From NCBI GenBank assembly GCA_963729685.1, contig CAVSOX010000018.1, positions 80,521 to 144,520 of the forward strand: 64,000 nucleotides of DNA, written 5' to 3'. Each line of letters begins with the position of its first letter. Within the stretch, counting starts at the first letter, position 1. The position numbers and the translations under genes were made by a program. This document shows positions 1-8,730 of the stretch, in pieces. Below the pieces are notes generated by a model. That model worked only from the letters and a program-made list of their open reading frames with translations, was not told where the DNA came from and did no database searches. Source of the DNA: an uncultured delta proteobacterium. GTDB lineage: Bacteria > Desulfobacterota > Syntrophorhabdia > Syntrophorhabdales > WCHB1-27.

Positions 1-170
1 GCGCGTATCTCTCCGCTTGGGCCCAGCACGTCCCGGTTCCTCACGAGGACCACCCTTGCCTTCTCCTCGGCCTCAGCCCTGGAGGGCGGCCCCGCGCCGA
101 TGGCCGTGGCCGCGAGAAGTCCTGCCGTGCCTTTCAAGAAATCCCGACGGGTGAGCGCGTGTCGCTTCAT
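1..170 (-). CDS. N-terminal fragment of a Tat-exported protein (continues off the window; possibly DUF362-type)
   Basis: Own translation from ATG at 170-168: MKRHALTRRDFLKGTAGLLAATAIGAGPPSRAEAEEKARVVLVRNRDVL. Twin-arginine motif TRRDFLK. ATGA overlap with the stop of the upstream gene (167-169). Too short for the ORF track. Confidence 0.5.
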   Translation of the reverse strand, partial: MKRHALTRRDFLKGTAGLLAATAIGAGPPSRAEAEEKARVVLVRNRDVLGPSGEIR

Positions 171-1141
171 GGCGCCTCCTTTAATCTCATCTTCGTTGCG
201 TCGATCAAATGCCTCACCACCTCCGCGGCCGGTGCATGAAGAATGACGACGATGGTGGGGCCTTCCGCCTCCGCGTAGGTAAACGCGCCGTCCTCTTCCC
301 GTGCCAGGCCCCCGGCGTCCAGCCTGTAGGCTTTCCTGAACGCGGTAAGCGCGGATCCGGCGGCTGCCGCGCCAGGATAGCCGACGAGGAGCACGAAGGT
401 CCGCTCTTTTCCAAAGTCGTACCGGGCAAAGACAGCTTCCGTCTCCGCGTCTAACCCAAGGATGTTCTCACGTGAGATGAAGCACCGCTGGTTGAGCAGC
501 ACGTGGCTCCTCACGAACTTGACGCTCCCCTCCACCTGCTTTTCCGCGGGCAGGGCACGCAAGAGCCGGGGAGGCTCCCCTGTCCCGGCAATCGACGAGG
601 CAAGCTCCCGACCGATCGCGAGGACGGCCTGCTCCTGCTCGGCTCCCTCACCCTCCCCGTAGATGCTCACGAAATGGCTGCCCTTCCAGAACCTGAGCAT
701 GCCGCCTCCGAATTCAGATCCCTGGCCGATGGACGCTTCGGGGTCCTGCCTGTCGAAGGAGAAGACACCGAAGGCGTCCGCTGGTGTTCCCATCTCGTAA
801 ACTTCCGCGATCAGTGCCGGATGGGCCTGCCTTTCGAAGCGGCGGACGACGAGCTGCCTGAAGTTGTACGCCAGGTAGACCTCGCCGGCGCCGTCCATGT
901 AATCGAAAATCGTCCGCCCCCGGTAGCGGACAGCCTCACCTGTCGCCTTCCAGCCCCCCGCCCCGGAGGGCCACTTGATTGTCTCGTCCATCGCTCCCTT
1001 CCCGACAGTCGCACCGGGCATAAGCCAGAGGCAGAGGGCTATCATCACGACGAAGGCCGCTTTCGTTCTCCCCGAACGCACTACCCGCCACCCCCGCCCT
1101 CTTCGTCGGCCTCGGAAGGCCCGGTCGCTCACACCACGCAT
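167..1141 (-). CDS. hypothetical exported protein (basic N-terminus plus hydrophobic signal/anchor)
   Basis: ORF 167..1237. Internal ATG at 1141 precedes MRGVSDRAFRGRRRGRGWRVVRSGRTKAAFVVMIALCLWLMPG. The rest has globular composition. No family recognised. Confidence 0.6.
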   Translation of the reverse strand: MRGVSDRAFRGRRRGRGWRVVRSGRTKAAFVVMIALCLWLMPGATVGKGAMDETIKWPSGAGGWKATGEAVRYRGRTIFDYMDGAGEVYLAYNFRQLVVRRFERQAHPALIAEVYEMGTPADAFGVFSFDRQDPEASIGQGSEFGGGMLRFWKGSHFVSIYGEGEGAEQEQAVLAIGRELASSIAGTGEPPRLLRALPAEKQVEGSVKFVRSHVLLNQRCFISRENILGLDAETEAVFARYDFGKERTFVLLVGYPGAAAAGSALTAFRKAYRLDAGGLAREEDGAFTYAEAEGPTIVVILHAPAAEVVRHLIDATKMRLKEAP

Positions 1142-1187
1142 CTTCAGTTTGTCATATCCCGGCCCGCCGCGACCACCCATTTTTCGA

Positions 1188-2517
1188 TTATAACACCGAT
1201 AGCGGGGCAGCGGAAGAGCTTGGAAAGAGAGGGGCATGAAGCGGTGATAATTCTTGCAAGGGAGACTTTAAAGCGCCGATGCCGGCTTTGGAAGCCCATT
1301 CCTCGATGCGGTCGAAGGCGTCGTTGATCTCCTCTTCGGTCCCCCCGAAGGAGAAGCGGATATGGCCCTCCCCGGTCGGCCCGAAGCCGCTGCCGGGGAC
1401 GCTGATCACCTTCGCCTCGTAAAGGAGCCGGAGGGCAAGGTCCATCGACGCGATGCCCGGCGGTACGATCCTGGGAAAAACATAGTAGGCGCCCTGGGGT
1501 TTCTGGTAAGAGAAGAGGGTAGGCAGCCTGTCCAGCCGCGTGCAGGTCAACCGCCTCCGGCCGTCGAGGGCCGCGACCAGTTTTCCGATGAACCTGTCTC
1601 CCTCTCCGTCGCGTCCGTTAGTGGCCCTGAGGGCCGCGAGGGCGCCATACTGCGACACGGTGGGGGCGCAGATGGCGAAGGCGTCGTGGACCTTGAGGAC
1701 CTGGTCGATGATGCGTGTTGGGGCATAGAGATAGCCTACCCGCCAGCCGGTCATGCAGTACATCTTGGAGAAGCTGAAGGCGGCGATCAGGCGGCTCTTC
1801 AGCGCGGGTATCGTGGCGAGGCTGGCGTGACGCAAGGGGGGGTAGACGAGGAAGTCATAGGCCTCGTCGGCGATGACGAAAAGGTCCCGCTCGATCGCGA
1901 GCTCGGCTATGGCCCCGGCCTCCTCATAGGAAAGGGCGGCCCCTGTAGGGTTCATGGGGTTGCAGACGAGAATGGCCCTGGTGCGGGGGGTGAGCGCTTT
2001 TCTCATCCCCGCGATATCGATCCGCCATCCTTCCTCTTCGAGCAGGGGGACGAAGACCGGCACGCCCTCGGCGAAGAGGATCTGTTCGATGTGGGAGGCA
2101 TAGTTGGGAGAGGGGACAAGCACCTCGTCTCCCCTATCCACAAGGGTGCAGATGGCCCCCGCGAGGGCTTCCATGGACCCGCAGCTCACGAAGATCTCCG
2201 TCTCGGGGTCGATCGATATGCCTTTGGTCCGGCGAAGATGGGCGCCGATCTCTTGCTTTCAGCTCCGGCATGCCGGGCTGCAGGGAGTATTTGCCGATGC
2301 TGCCGTCCTCCCTCAAGGCACGGATGACCGCATTTGTCACGAAGGGGGGTGTCGCGAAGGAGGGGATGCCCTGGCCCAAAGAGACGGCGCCCGCCACTTT
2401 GCTCGCCAGCACCGGCATCTGCTTGATGGCGGAGACGGTGATAGCGGCGACCCGCTTCGAGATGCGGCTCAGGTCCTCTTCTCTTCCGAGGCTCTTATAG
2501 ACCGACCGGTCGTCCAT
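1188..2517 (-). CDS. class I/II (aspartate-type) pyridoxal-phosphate aminotransferase, frameshifted in this assembly near 2257
   Basis: ORFs 2134..2769 (from MDDRSVYKSLG at 2517) and 1188..2189 join into one aminotransferase. Motifs: GQGIPSF, NPMNPTG, SFSKMYCMTGWRVGY, IRFSF. The frame break is at an AAA run (ctgaaagcaagagatc); removing one A restores PELKQEIGAHL. Confidence 0.8.
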
Positions 2518-2555
2518 CACACCATCCGGATGCCTTGTGGCCGGCACGCATCCCT

Positions 2556-3674
2556 TCAGTCGAAAAAATCGATCGATTGCTTCCCGTATCCCATGCGCTC
2601 GTCCATCCGCACCATGAACCTGGTGAAGAGGTCCCGCTCCGCAAAATACTTGACTGCCCGGTGGAACATGGTATCCGGCTTGTTCCAGGGGCAGACGCGG
2701 ACGCAGACCGAGCAGTGCGACCCGTTCTTTGCCCACCAATCGAGACACTTCATGGCGTGCACGGGCCATTTCAACATGCCCCTGTTATTCGATTCGTCCC
2801 AGGGTTCCCCCGTGCGCGGACCCGACGTGATCGCGCCGCTCGGGCAGTGCTCGGCGCAGCGCTCGCATTTCTCACAAAAGGCCTGAACGCCTATGTCGAT
2901 GGGCCGGTCAACCTCCAGGGGGAGGTCGGTGAAAACCTTGCCGATCCTGCAGCGGGGCCCGAATTCCCTGGTCATGAGCAATCCCATCCGCCCCATTTCG
3001 CCCAGTCCCGCATCGACGGCAAACGCGATGTCGATACCAAGCTCGTTGACGGAAGGTATCGCGTGAAAGCCGATCTCGCTGATATAGGTGGCGAGGGAGC
3101 AGGAGGTGAAGCCCATCCGCGCATAAATAAGGTCCGTGTCCGCCTCGACCGCCGGCGACCGCTTCACCATGTCGTAGCCCATCTCCTGGGCAAGCACGAT
3201 GACGTACTGGTATCTCTCCGGGATCTCGATCGGGTCTCCGGCCTCCGCGGCCCCCGAATAATAGGCGTTCTGGTCCCCCCAGTGACTGTAGACCCAGGAC
3301 CGGTTCAGTCCGGCAACCCCCACCAGGTCCGCGCCCAGCCAGGAAGCCACGCGCTTGATGGTCCGGGTAAGCTCTGCCGGGGTCAGGTCCTCCGCCTTGA
3401 ATTCGCGGTTGAACTGGGCCACGGTCTCCCTCCCGTACTGGGTCCGCCGCATCACATAGTCGACCGTGCGGGCGGCGGCCCAGAGGCCGTGATCGAGAAC
3501 GGTCTTGCCCTTGACGTTCTTCCGGATGTTTTCCACGCTTCTCTGGTGCATCTTGTCGTACTTGCTTCCGCCGGAGGCGTTTCGGCCCCGGCTGAATCCC
3601 CCCTTTCGGTCGTCGAACCGTTCGATGGGACCCGTGATGAACTTCTTATACGTCGGCTCTTTCACAATCTTCAT
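2556..3674 (-). CDS. reductive dehalogenase (RdhA)-like Fe-S protein without a Tat signal
   Basis: ORF 2556..3674. RdhA-like stretch KRVASWLGADLVGVAGLNRSWVYSHW. Two ferredoxin-type Cys motifs, CEKCERCAEHCP and CSVCVRVCPW. The N-terminus MKIVKEPTYKKF has no RR motif. Confidence 0.7.
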   Translation of the reverse strand: MKIVKEPTYKKFITGPIERFDDRKGGFSRGRNASGGSKYDKMHQRSVENIRKNVKGKTVLDHGLWAAARTVDYVMRRTQYGRETVAQFNREFKAEDLTPAELTRTIKRVASWLGADLVGVAGLNRSWVYSHWGDQNAYYSGAAEAGDPIEIPERYQYVIVLAQEMGYDMVKRSPAVEADTDLIYARMGFTSCSLATYISEIGFHAIPSVNELGIDIAFAVDAGLGEMGRMGLLMTREFGPRCRIGKVFTDLPLEVDRPIDIGVQAFCEKCERCAEHCPSGAITSGPRTGEPWDESNNRGMLKWPVHAMKCLDWWAKNGSHCSVCVRVCPWNKPDTMFHRAVKYFAERDLFTRFMVRMDERMGYGKQSIDFFD

Positions 3675-3782
3675 ATCATACTCTCGCTCGTGCGACGTTT
3701 AGTGTAGGGAATATACTACACGGTATGGCGCCCGTAGTACAGTGCCTCAAGCGGCTTTAAGCCGAGGCTCGTTTTGCTTTTC

Positions 3783-4490
3783 TCATATCCCCAGGTAAGC
3801 CTTCTTCAGGTGCTCGTCTTTTAACAGGTCCTTTCCCGCGCCGGCCAGCACGATCCGGCCGTTTTCGATGACATAGGCACGGTCGGACATATTCAGGGCG
3901 TTGAAGACGTTCTGCTCGGAGAGGAGGATTGTCACGTTCTCCTTGTTGATGTGTTCCAGGATCTGGAAGGTTTTTTGCACGAGCATGGGCGCGAGCCCCA
4001 GGGAGGGCTCGTCCACCGAGAGGAGGGTCGGTCGGGCCATCAGGCCCCTCGCAATCGCGAGCATCTGCTGCTCGCCCCCGCTTAAGGAACCGGCGAGCTG
4101 GTCGCGGTGCTGGTAAAGCTGGGGGAAAAGCTCATATAACCCTTCCAGGGACCGGCGCAGGTCTTTGCGGGACTTTCTGCAGGTATAGGCGCCCACCTCC
4201 AGGTTCTCCCGGACGCTGAGGAGCGGAAAGACGTGCCTGCCCTCCGGGATGTGGACGATGCCGCTTTCGACGACCTCGAAGGGGGGTTTTCCGACGAGCT
4301 GCTTCCCCTGAAACTCGATGGAGCCGGACGTCTTCTTCAGGAGGCCGGAAATCGCGCGCAGGAGGGTGCTTTTGCCCGCGGCGTTGGCGCCGACAATGGA
4401 GACGAACTCCCCCTCATGAATTTCCAGGTCGATGTCGAAAAGGACCTGGACATCGCCGTAGGAGACGTTCAACCCGCTAACCTTGAGCAA
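3783..4490 (-). CDS. livF: branched-chain amino acid ABC transporter ATP-binding protein LivF
   Basis: ORF 3783..4490 (TTG start). Walker A GANAAGKST, signature LSGGEQQ, C-terminus KKAYLGI. Confidence 0.9.
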   Translation of the reverse strand: MLKVSGLNVSYGDVQVLFDIDLEIHEGEFVSIVGANAAGKSTLLRAISGLLKKTSGSIEFQGKQLVGKPPFEVVESGIVHIPEGRHVFPLLSVRENLEVGAYTCRKSRKDLRRSLEGLYELFPQLYQHRDQLAGSLSGGEQQMLAIARGLMARPTLLSVDEPSLGLAPMLVQKTFQILEHINKENVTILLSEQNVFNALNMSDRAYVIENGRIVLAGAGKDLLKDEHLKKAYLGI

Positions 4491-5223
4491 TCAGGTATTC
4501 CTCCCCCAGGTAGGCCTTGATAACCTCTCTATCCGACGCAATCTGTGCAGGCTCCCCTTCCGCGATCTTTTCCCCGTGGTTCAGCACGATGATCCTGTGG
4601 GAGAGCCCCATGATCACGGCCATGATGTGCTCTATGACGAAGAGGGCTATGCCGCGCTCGGCGATCTGTCTCACCAGCTTGATCATCTCGCCCACCTCGG
4701 CCGGATTGAGCCCGGCCATCACTTCGTCGAGGAGGAAAAGCTTCGGCGATGTGGCCAGACCCCTGGCAATCTCCAGTCGCTTGCGGTCCGCGATGGTCAG
4801 GTTTCTCCCGAGCAGGCTCTTTCGATCGTATAGGCGGACGAACTCCAGGATCTCTTCCGCCTTCTTTTCGGCCTTCCTGACGCTCTTCTCCCGGTTGAGC
4901 GCCCCTATCATGACGTTCTTGATGACGGATATGTTGCTGAACGGCCTGGTGATCTGGAAGGTCCGGCAGAGTCCGAGGCCGCAGATCGCTTCCGGGCTCA
5001 ATCGGCCAATATCCGTGTCGTCGAACCCGATGTACCCTGTCTTTGTCCTGTAGAACCCGCTGATGACGTTAAAAACCGTGGTCTTCCCCGCACCGTTGGG
5101 GCCTATGAGTCCCACCACTTCCCCGGGGCGAATGGAGAAGCTGAGATCGGAGAGGACGGCATTGCCGCCGAACCACTTGCTTATATTGTGCGCTTCCAGC
5201 ATGGGACGTCTCTCCGTACTCAT
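4477..5223 (-). CDS. livG: branched-chain amino acid ABC transporter ATP-binding protein LivG
   Basis: C-terminal 248 aa of ORF 4477..6210, starting MSTERRPMLEAHNISKWFGG at ATG 5223. Walker A GPNGAGKTT. ATGA overlap with the livM stop. Confidence 0.9.
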   Translation of the reverse strand: MSTERRPMLEAHNISKWFGGNAVLSDLSFSIRPGEVVGLIGPNGAGKTTVFNVISGFYRTKTGYIGFDDTDIGRLSPEAICGLGLCRTFQITRPFSNISVIKNVMIGALNREKSVRKAEKKAEEILEFVRLYDRKSLLGRNLTIADRKRLEIARGLATSPKLFLLDEVMAGLNPAEVGEMIKLVRQIAERGIALFVIEHIMAVIMGLSHRIIVLNHGEKIAEGEPAQIASDREVIKAYLGEEYLIAQG

Positions 5224-6210
5224 ATCTTTCTCAGCAAGGGTATCTTCTCCTTCAGTTTCGGCCCGATCCCTTGCGGCATATACAAAAGCACAAGCACCAG
5301 GATGACCCCGTAGATGATCATGTGAAGGCCCGGCAGGGAGGTCCCCATCTTCGCGCGCAGCAGCATGGCGATGGGAACGAATATCATGGCGCCGATGGCC
5401 GGACCGCACGCGGTGCCGATGCCTCCTACGATGGCAAAGAGGGCTACCTGGACAGAGATCTGGATGCGCATGACGCTGCTCGGGTCGATGAAGACGACAT
5501 ACTGGGCATAGAAGGTCCCCATGATGGCCGAAAGGAAGGAGCTGAGCACCATGGCGATCAGTCGCACCCGACCGGTCCTCACGCCGAGGGCACGGGCGGC
5601 GTTCTCGTTCTCCCTGAATGCAGTCAGGTAATACCCGAGCCGTGAATGCTCGATGGCATAAGAGATGGCGATGACGGCGAGAAAAAAGAAGAGGCCGATA
5701 TAGACATAGGGGAGCTTGCCGGCAAAGGAAAAGAGCATCAGGCCCGGCCGGATGGGCAGCGCCGAGCCCCTCGGATCCGCCGGTAAGGGACCGTAAATTG
5801 ACGGCGCAAATATAGCCGACCTCACCGAAGGCCAGGGTCGCCAGGGCGAAATAATGGCTCCTCAACCGAAAGCAGATGACGCCGAGGATCAGGCCGATAG
5901 CCGACGCGAACAGGCCGCCTGCCAGCATCCCGATCCATGGGGAGAGACCGAAATGGAGGAGGAGCAGGGTAGAGGTGTAGGCCCCGATCCCGAAGAAGGC
6001 GCTATGCCCGAGGGACATCATCCCCGCGTATCCCGCAAGGATATTCCACGCCCCTGCAAAGGCCCCCCAGAGAAAGATCAGGATGAGGGCGTCGAGATAG
6101 AAGTCATTCCTGATCAGGAGGGGAAGAACGCAGAGCGCAAGCACGGCAATCCATGGGACGGCCTTCAGTAATGCCCTGGTGTTTCCCGACCGGTCAATCG
6201 ATGGTCTCAA
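5220..6210 (-). CDS. livM: branched-chain amino acid ABC transporter permease LivM, frameshifted near 5758
   Basis: The N-terminal part lies in the frame of ORF 4477..6210 (...ATLAFGEVGYICAVNLRSLTGGSEGLG). The remainder lies in ORF 5220..5825 (ALPIRPGLMLFSFAGKLPYVY...PQGIGPKLKEKI). The junction is at ggcgctgccc. Confidence 0.8.
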
Positions 6211-7121
6211 TGTGCTCCAGCTCCTCCTCTTCCTTCAGTCCGAAAAGGCCGGAAGGCCGTACGACCAGGATGGCGATGAATACGAGGAAATAGATGACCT
6301 GCTTATTTTCCTGGCCTATCCAGTAACTCGAAAAGACCTCCACCACGCCGATGATGAGGCCGGCGATCATGGCGCCGACCACGCTGCCCATGCCCCCGAG
6401 AACGACTACCACAAACATGATGAGGACGAAATCGAACCCCACAAAAGGATGGACGGAGTAGACGGGCAGGACCAGCCCCCCTGCCAACCCCACCAGTACA
6501 ATGCCGATAGCGAACGTCAGCCTGTATATCCTGTCGGTATTGATACCCATCAGGAGGGCAGCGGAACGGTCCTGCGCCGTGGCCCTGATGATCTTGCCCG
6601 TGTAGGAGAGCTTCAAGAACAGATAAAAGGCGATCGACAGGAGGATCGCGAGGACAAAGGCGATGAGGCGCGCGGGGCTGACCATGATCTCCCCGATGTG
6701 GAGGGCGGGGAAAGGGCCCGAGGACGAGGGATTCGGTCGCATAACCGAGGGAGATGCTCCTGAAATCGGCAGACCAGAAGAGAAGCACCAGGTTCTGGAT
6801 GATCGTGGAGAGGCCGACGGTCACGAAAATCTGGGCGAGCACCGATGACGACAGGGTGGGCCGTATGAACAGGTAGTAGGTGACGATGCCTATCAGGAAG
6901 ACCACCGGCACCAGGATGAGCGTCGATAGGTAGGGATCGATATGGAAGTAATGGACAACCCAATAGGTGAGGTACATGGCGACCATGAAGAATTCGCCAT
7001 GGGCAAAATTGACGATCTTCATCACGCCGAATATCAGGGTGAGCCCGATGCTGGCCAGGGCGTAAATGCCCCCGAGGAGAATGCCGGAGATGAGTAACTG
7101 GGTGAAGAGGGTCGGGTCCAT
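6194..7121 (-). CDS. livH: branched-chain amino acid ABC transporter permease LivH, frameshifted near 6712
   Basis: ORF 6303..7121 (MDPTLFTQLLISGILLGGIYAL...) continues in ORF 6194..6742 (...ARLIAFVLAILLSIAFYLF...). The break is inside the run gggccctttcccc, which reads GPFP in both frames. Confidence 0.85.
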
Positions 7122-7152
7122 GCCGATACCGGTTCTTTTATGCGTCCTTGAC

Positions 7153-7191
7153 GAAAAGCAGGCAGGAACCGCTCTCTCCTGCCTGCTTTTC
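7153..7191 (-). terminator. 15-bp perfect stem-loop between livK and livH (attenuator or mRNA-stabilising hairpin)
   Basis: gaaaagcaggcagga / accgctctc / tcctgcctgcttttc, read directly. Lies 22 nt after the livK stop. Confidence 0.5.
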
Positions 7192-7212
7192 GCGTCATCC
7201 AGGATTTTTTAG

Positions 7213-8460
7213 CTACCTGACCAATTTGAAATCCGCCGAAGCGACCTCTTTCGGATAGATCAGCTTCAGCTCGCCGTTCTGCCACTGGTTGAGACCGGCC
7301 GATGCGTACACGTTCTGTCCGGCGTTCTTTTCTTCCGGTTTTGCGAATTTTACGCCCCAGTTCAGCACGCCTTTGCCCCGGGGGATATCGAGACTGAGCG
7401 CCGCCGCCCGCAGCTTGTCCGCATCGAGGCTCCCGGCCTTCGGCAGGATAAACTTGTACAATATCCATGCGCCTGCAAACCCGACAAAAGAGGTGGGGTT
7501 GGGGTATTCACCGCTATGGATCGCCTTGTACCGCTTCACGAATTCGTCGGCATCCTTCTTCTGCTGGGCCGTGAGCCTGTGGACGGAAATCTCCGATGGG
7601 ATGCCTCCTGCCATCACCCCGTCGGCATCCTTGCCGAGGGCCTGCACGAAGTCGGGGTTGCCCTGGCCCGCGGTGGTCCCGATGACGATCGTGTGCAGCT
7701 TCAATTCCTTCATTTGCCGGTGGAAGAGGATCGAATCGTTGATATACTGGGCTGCCAGGACGATGTCCGGTTTGGCCTGTTTCAGCTTCATCACGAGCCC
7801 CGAAAGATCGACCGTTTTGGCGCTGTAGACCTCCGTTGCAACCACGTTCAGGTGCCGGGCCTTTGCCCTATCCAACAAGCCCTTTCCCGTGGAGGTGCCG
7901 AACCCCCCGTCTTCCTGGACAACGGCCAGACGCAGGCTGCCGGCGTCCTTCTTGATCTTCGGGGCTATGACGTCGGCCGCGAAATCGATCATCTGATAGG
8001 CCATCATATCGCTGTCAAAGGTTGTCCTGAACGTATACTTGAAGCCACGGCTCGTGATGCCGGCGGAAATGCCCTCGTTCTCCAGGTAGAAGACTTTTGC
8101 CTTCTCCGCAACCACGGTGGCGGCCATGGAGAGGGTGGACGCCTGCGTCCCTATGATGGCGGTGATCTTCTCGTTCGTGATAAGACGGTTCGCCTCGCTC
8201 GCCGCGGCCTGGGGGTCCGGCGCATCGGCGCTGACCAGGACAACCTTCTTTCCGAGGACCCCACCCTGGTCATTGATCATGTCGGTGGCGATCTTTACCC
8301 CGTCGAAGTTCTTGATCCCGTTCTTGGCAAGGGGTCCGGTCAGGGGGAGGATCGTCCCGATGCGCCACGCATTTTCCTGTCCGTAGACCAGGCTCCCCAT
8401 CAAAAACAGGCCGGTCGCGAAAAAGACCGTGGCCCATGCGGATATCGAACGTGTTTTCAT
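7213..8460 (-). CDS. livK: branched-chain amino acid ABC transporter substrate-binding protein
   Basis: ORF 7213..8514. ATG at 8460 is preceded by GGAGGG and gives the signal peptide MKTRSISAWATVFFATGLFLMGSLVYG. Type I periplasmic binding protein composition. Confidence 0.9.
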   Translation of the reverse strand: MKTRSISAWATVFFATGLFLMGSLVYGQENAWRIGTILPLTGPLAKNGIKNFDGVKIATDMINDQGGVLGKKVVLVSADAPDPQAAASEANRLITNEKITAIIGTQASTLSMAATVVAEKAKVFYLENEGISAGITSRGFKYTFRTTFDSDMMAYQMIDFAADVIAPKIKKDAGSLRLAVVQEDGGFGTSTGKGLLDRAKARHLNVVATEVYSAKTVDLSGLVMKLKQAKPDIVLAAQYINDSILFHRQMKELKLHTIVIGTTAGQGNPDFVQALGKDADGVMAGGIPSEISVHRLTAQQKKDADEFVKRYKAIHSGEYPNPTSFVGFAGAWILYKFILPKAGSLDADKLRAAALSLDIPRGKGVLNWGVKFAKPEEKNAGQNVYASAGLNQWQNGELKLIYPKEVASADFKLVR

Positions 8461-8663
8461 AGTAACCCTCCGTTGATAAGTTTTTTCCCGAATTCCCTTG
8501 CATCCAGCGTGCATCGTTCATCACGGCGTCACGGCCTTAGGCCCTGAGGCCCTTGATGCCCCTTTTAGCCATTTCCGGCTTCTTCCGCAGGAGATAGTAT
8601 ATAAGAGTTAGGCGGTATGCACAAGGTTTGTGTCAAGGGCATGCAGGGAGAGTTCAATTTGTC

Positions 8664-8692
8664 TTGATAAGTACCGTCTTTTAGGCTAAAAA
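8664..8692 (+). promoter_or_regulatory. sigma70-like promoter candidate for the hut cluster
   Basis: TTGATA (8664-8669), 17-nt spacer, TAAAAA (8687-8692), in the divergent livK/hutU intergenic region. Confidence 0.35.
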
Positions 8693-8730
8693 TGTGGTAT
8701 GCCGATGTCGTTTCGCATGGAGGCGAAAGT

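Noticed and set aside
3740-3782. Hairpin gcctcaagcggctttaagccgaggc with a T-rich tail as the terminator between livF and the RdhA-like gene.
   Set aside because: The T-tract is on the plus strand, where no gene ends. On the coding (minus) strand no U-tract follows the hairpin, so its role is unclear and it was left unannotated.
5220-5825. N-terminal 20 or so residues of ORF 5220-5825 (MRSAIFAPSIYGPLPADPRGS), and the middle of the 577-aa ORF 4477-6210, as real protein sequence or a LivM-LivG fusion.
   Set aside because: The conserved LivM sequence switches frame near 5758. The apparent fusion arises because an out-of-frame stretch happens to stay open, and LivG has its own ATG at 5223 overlapping the livM stop.
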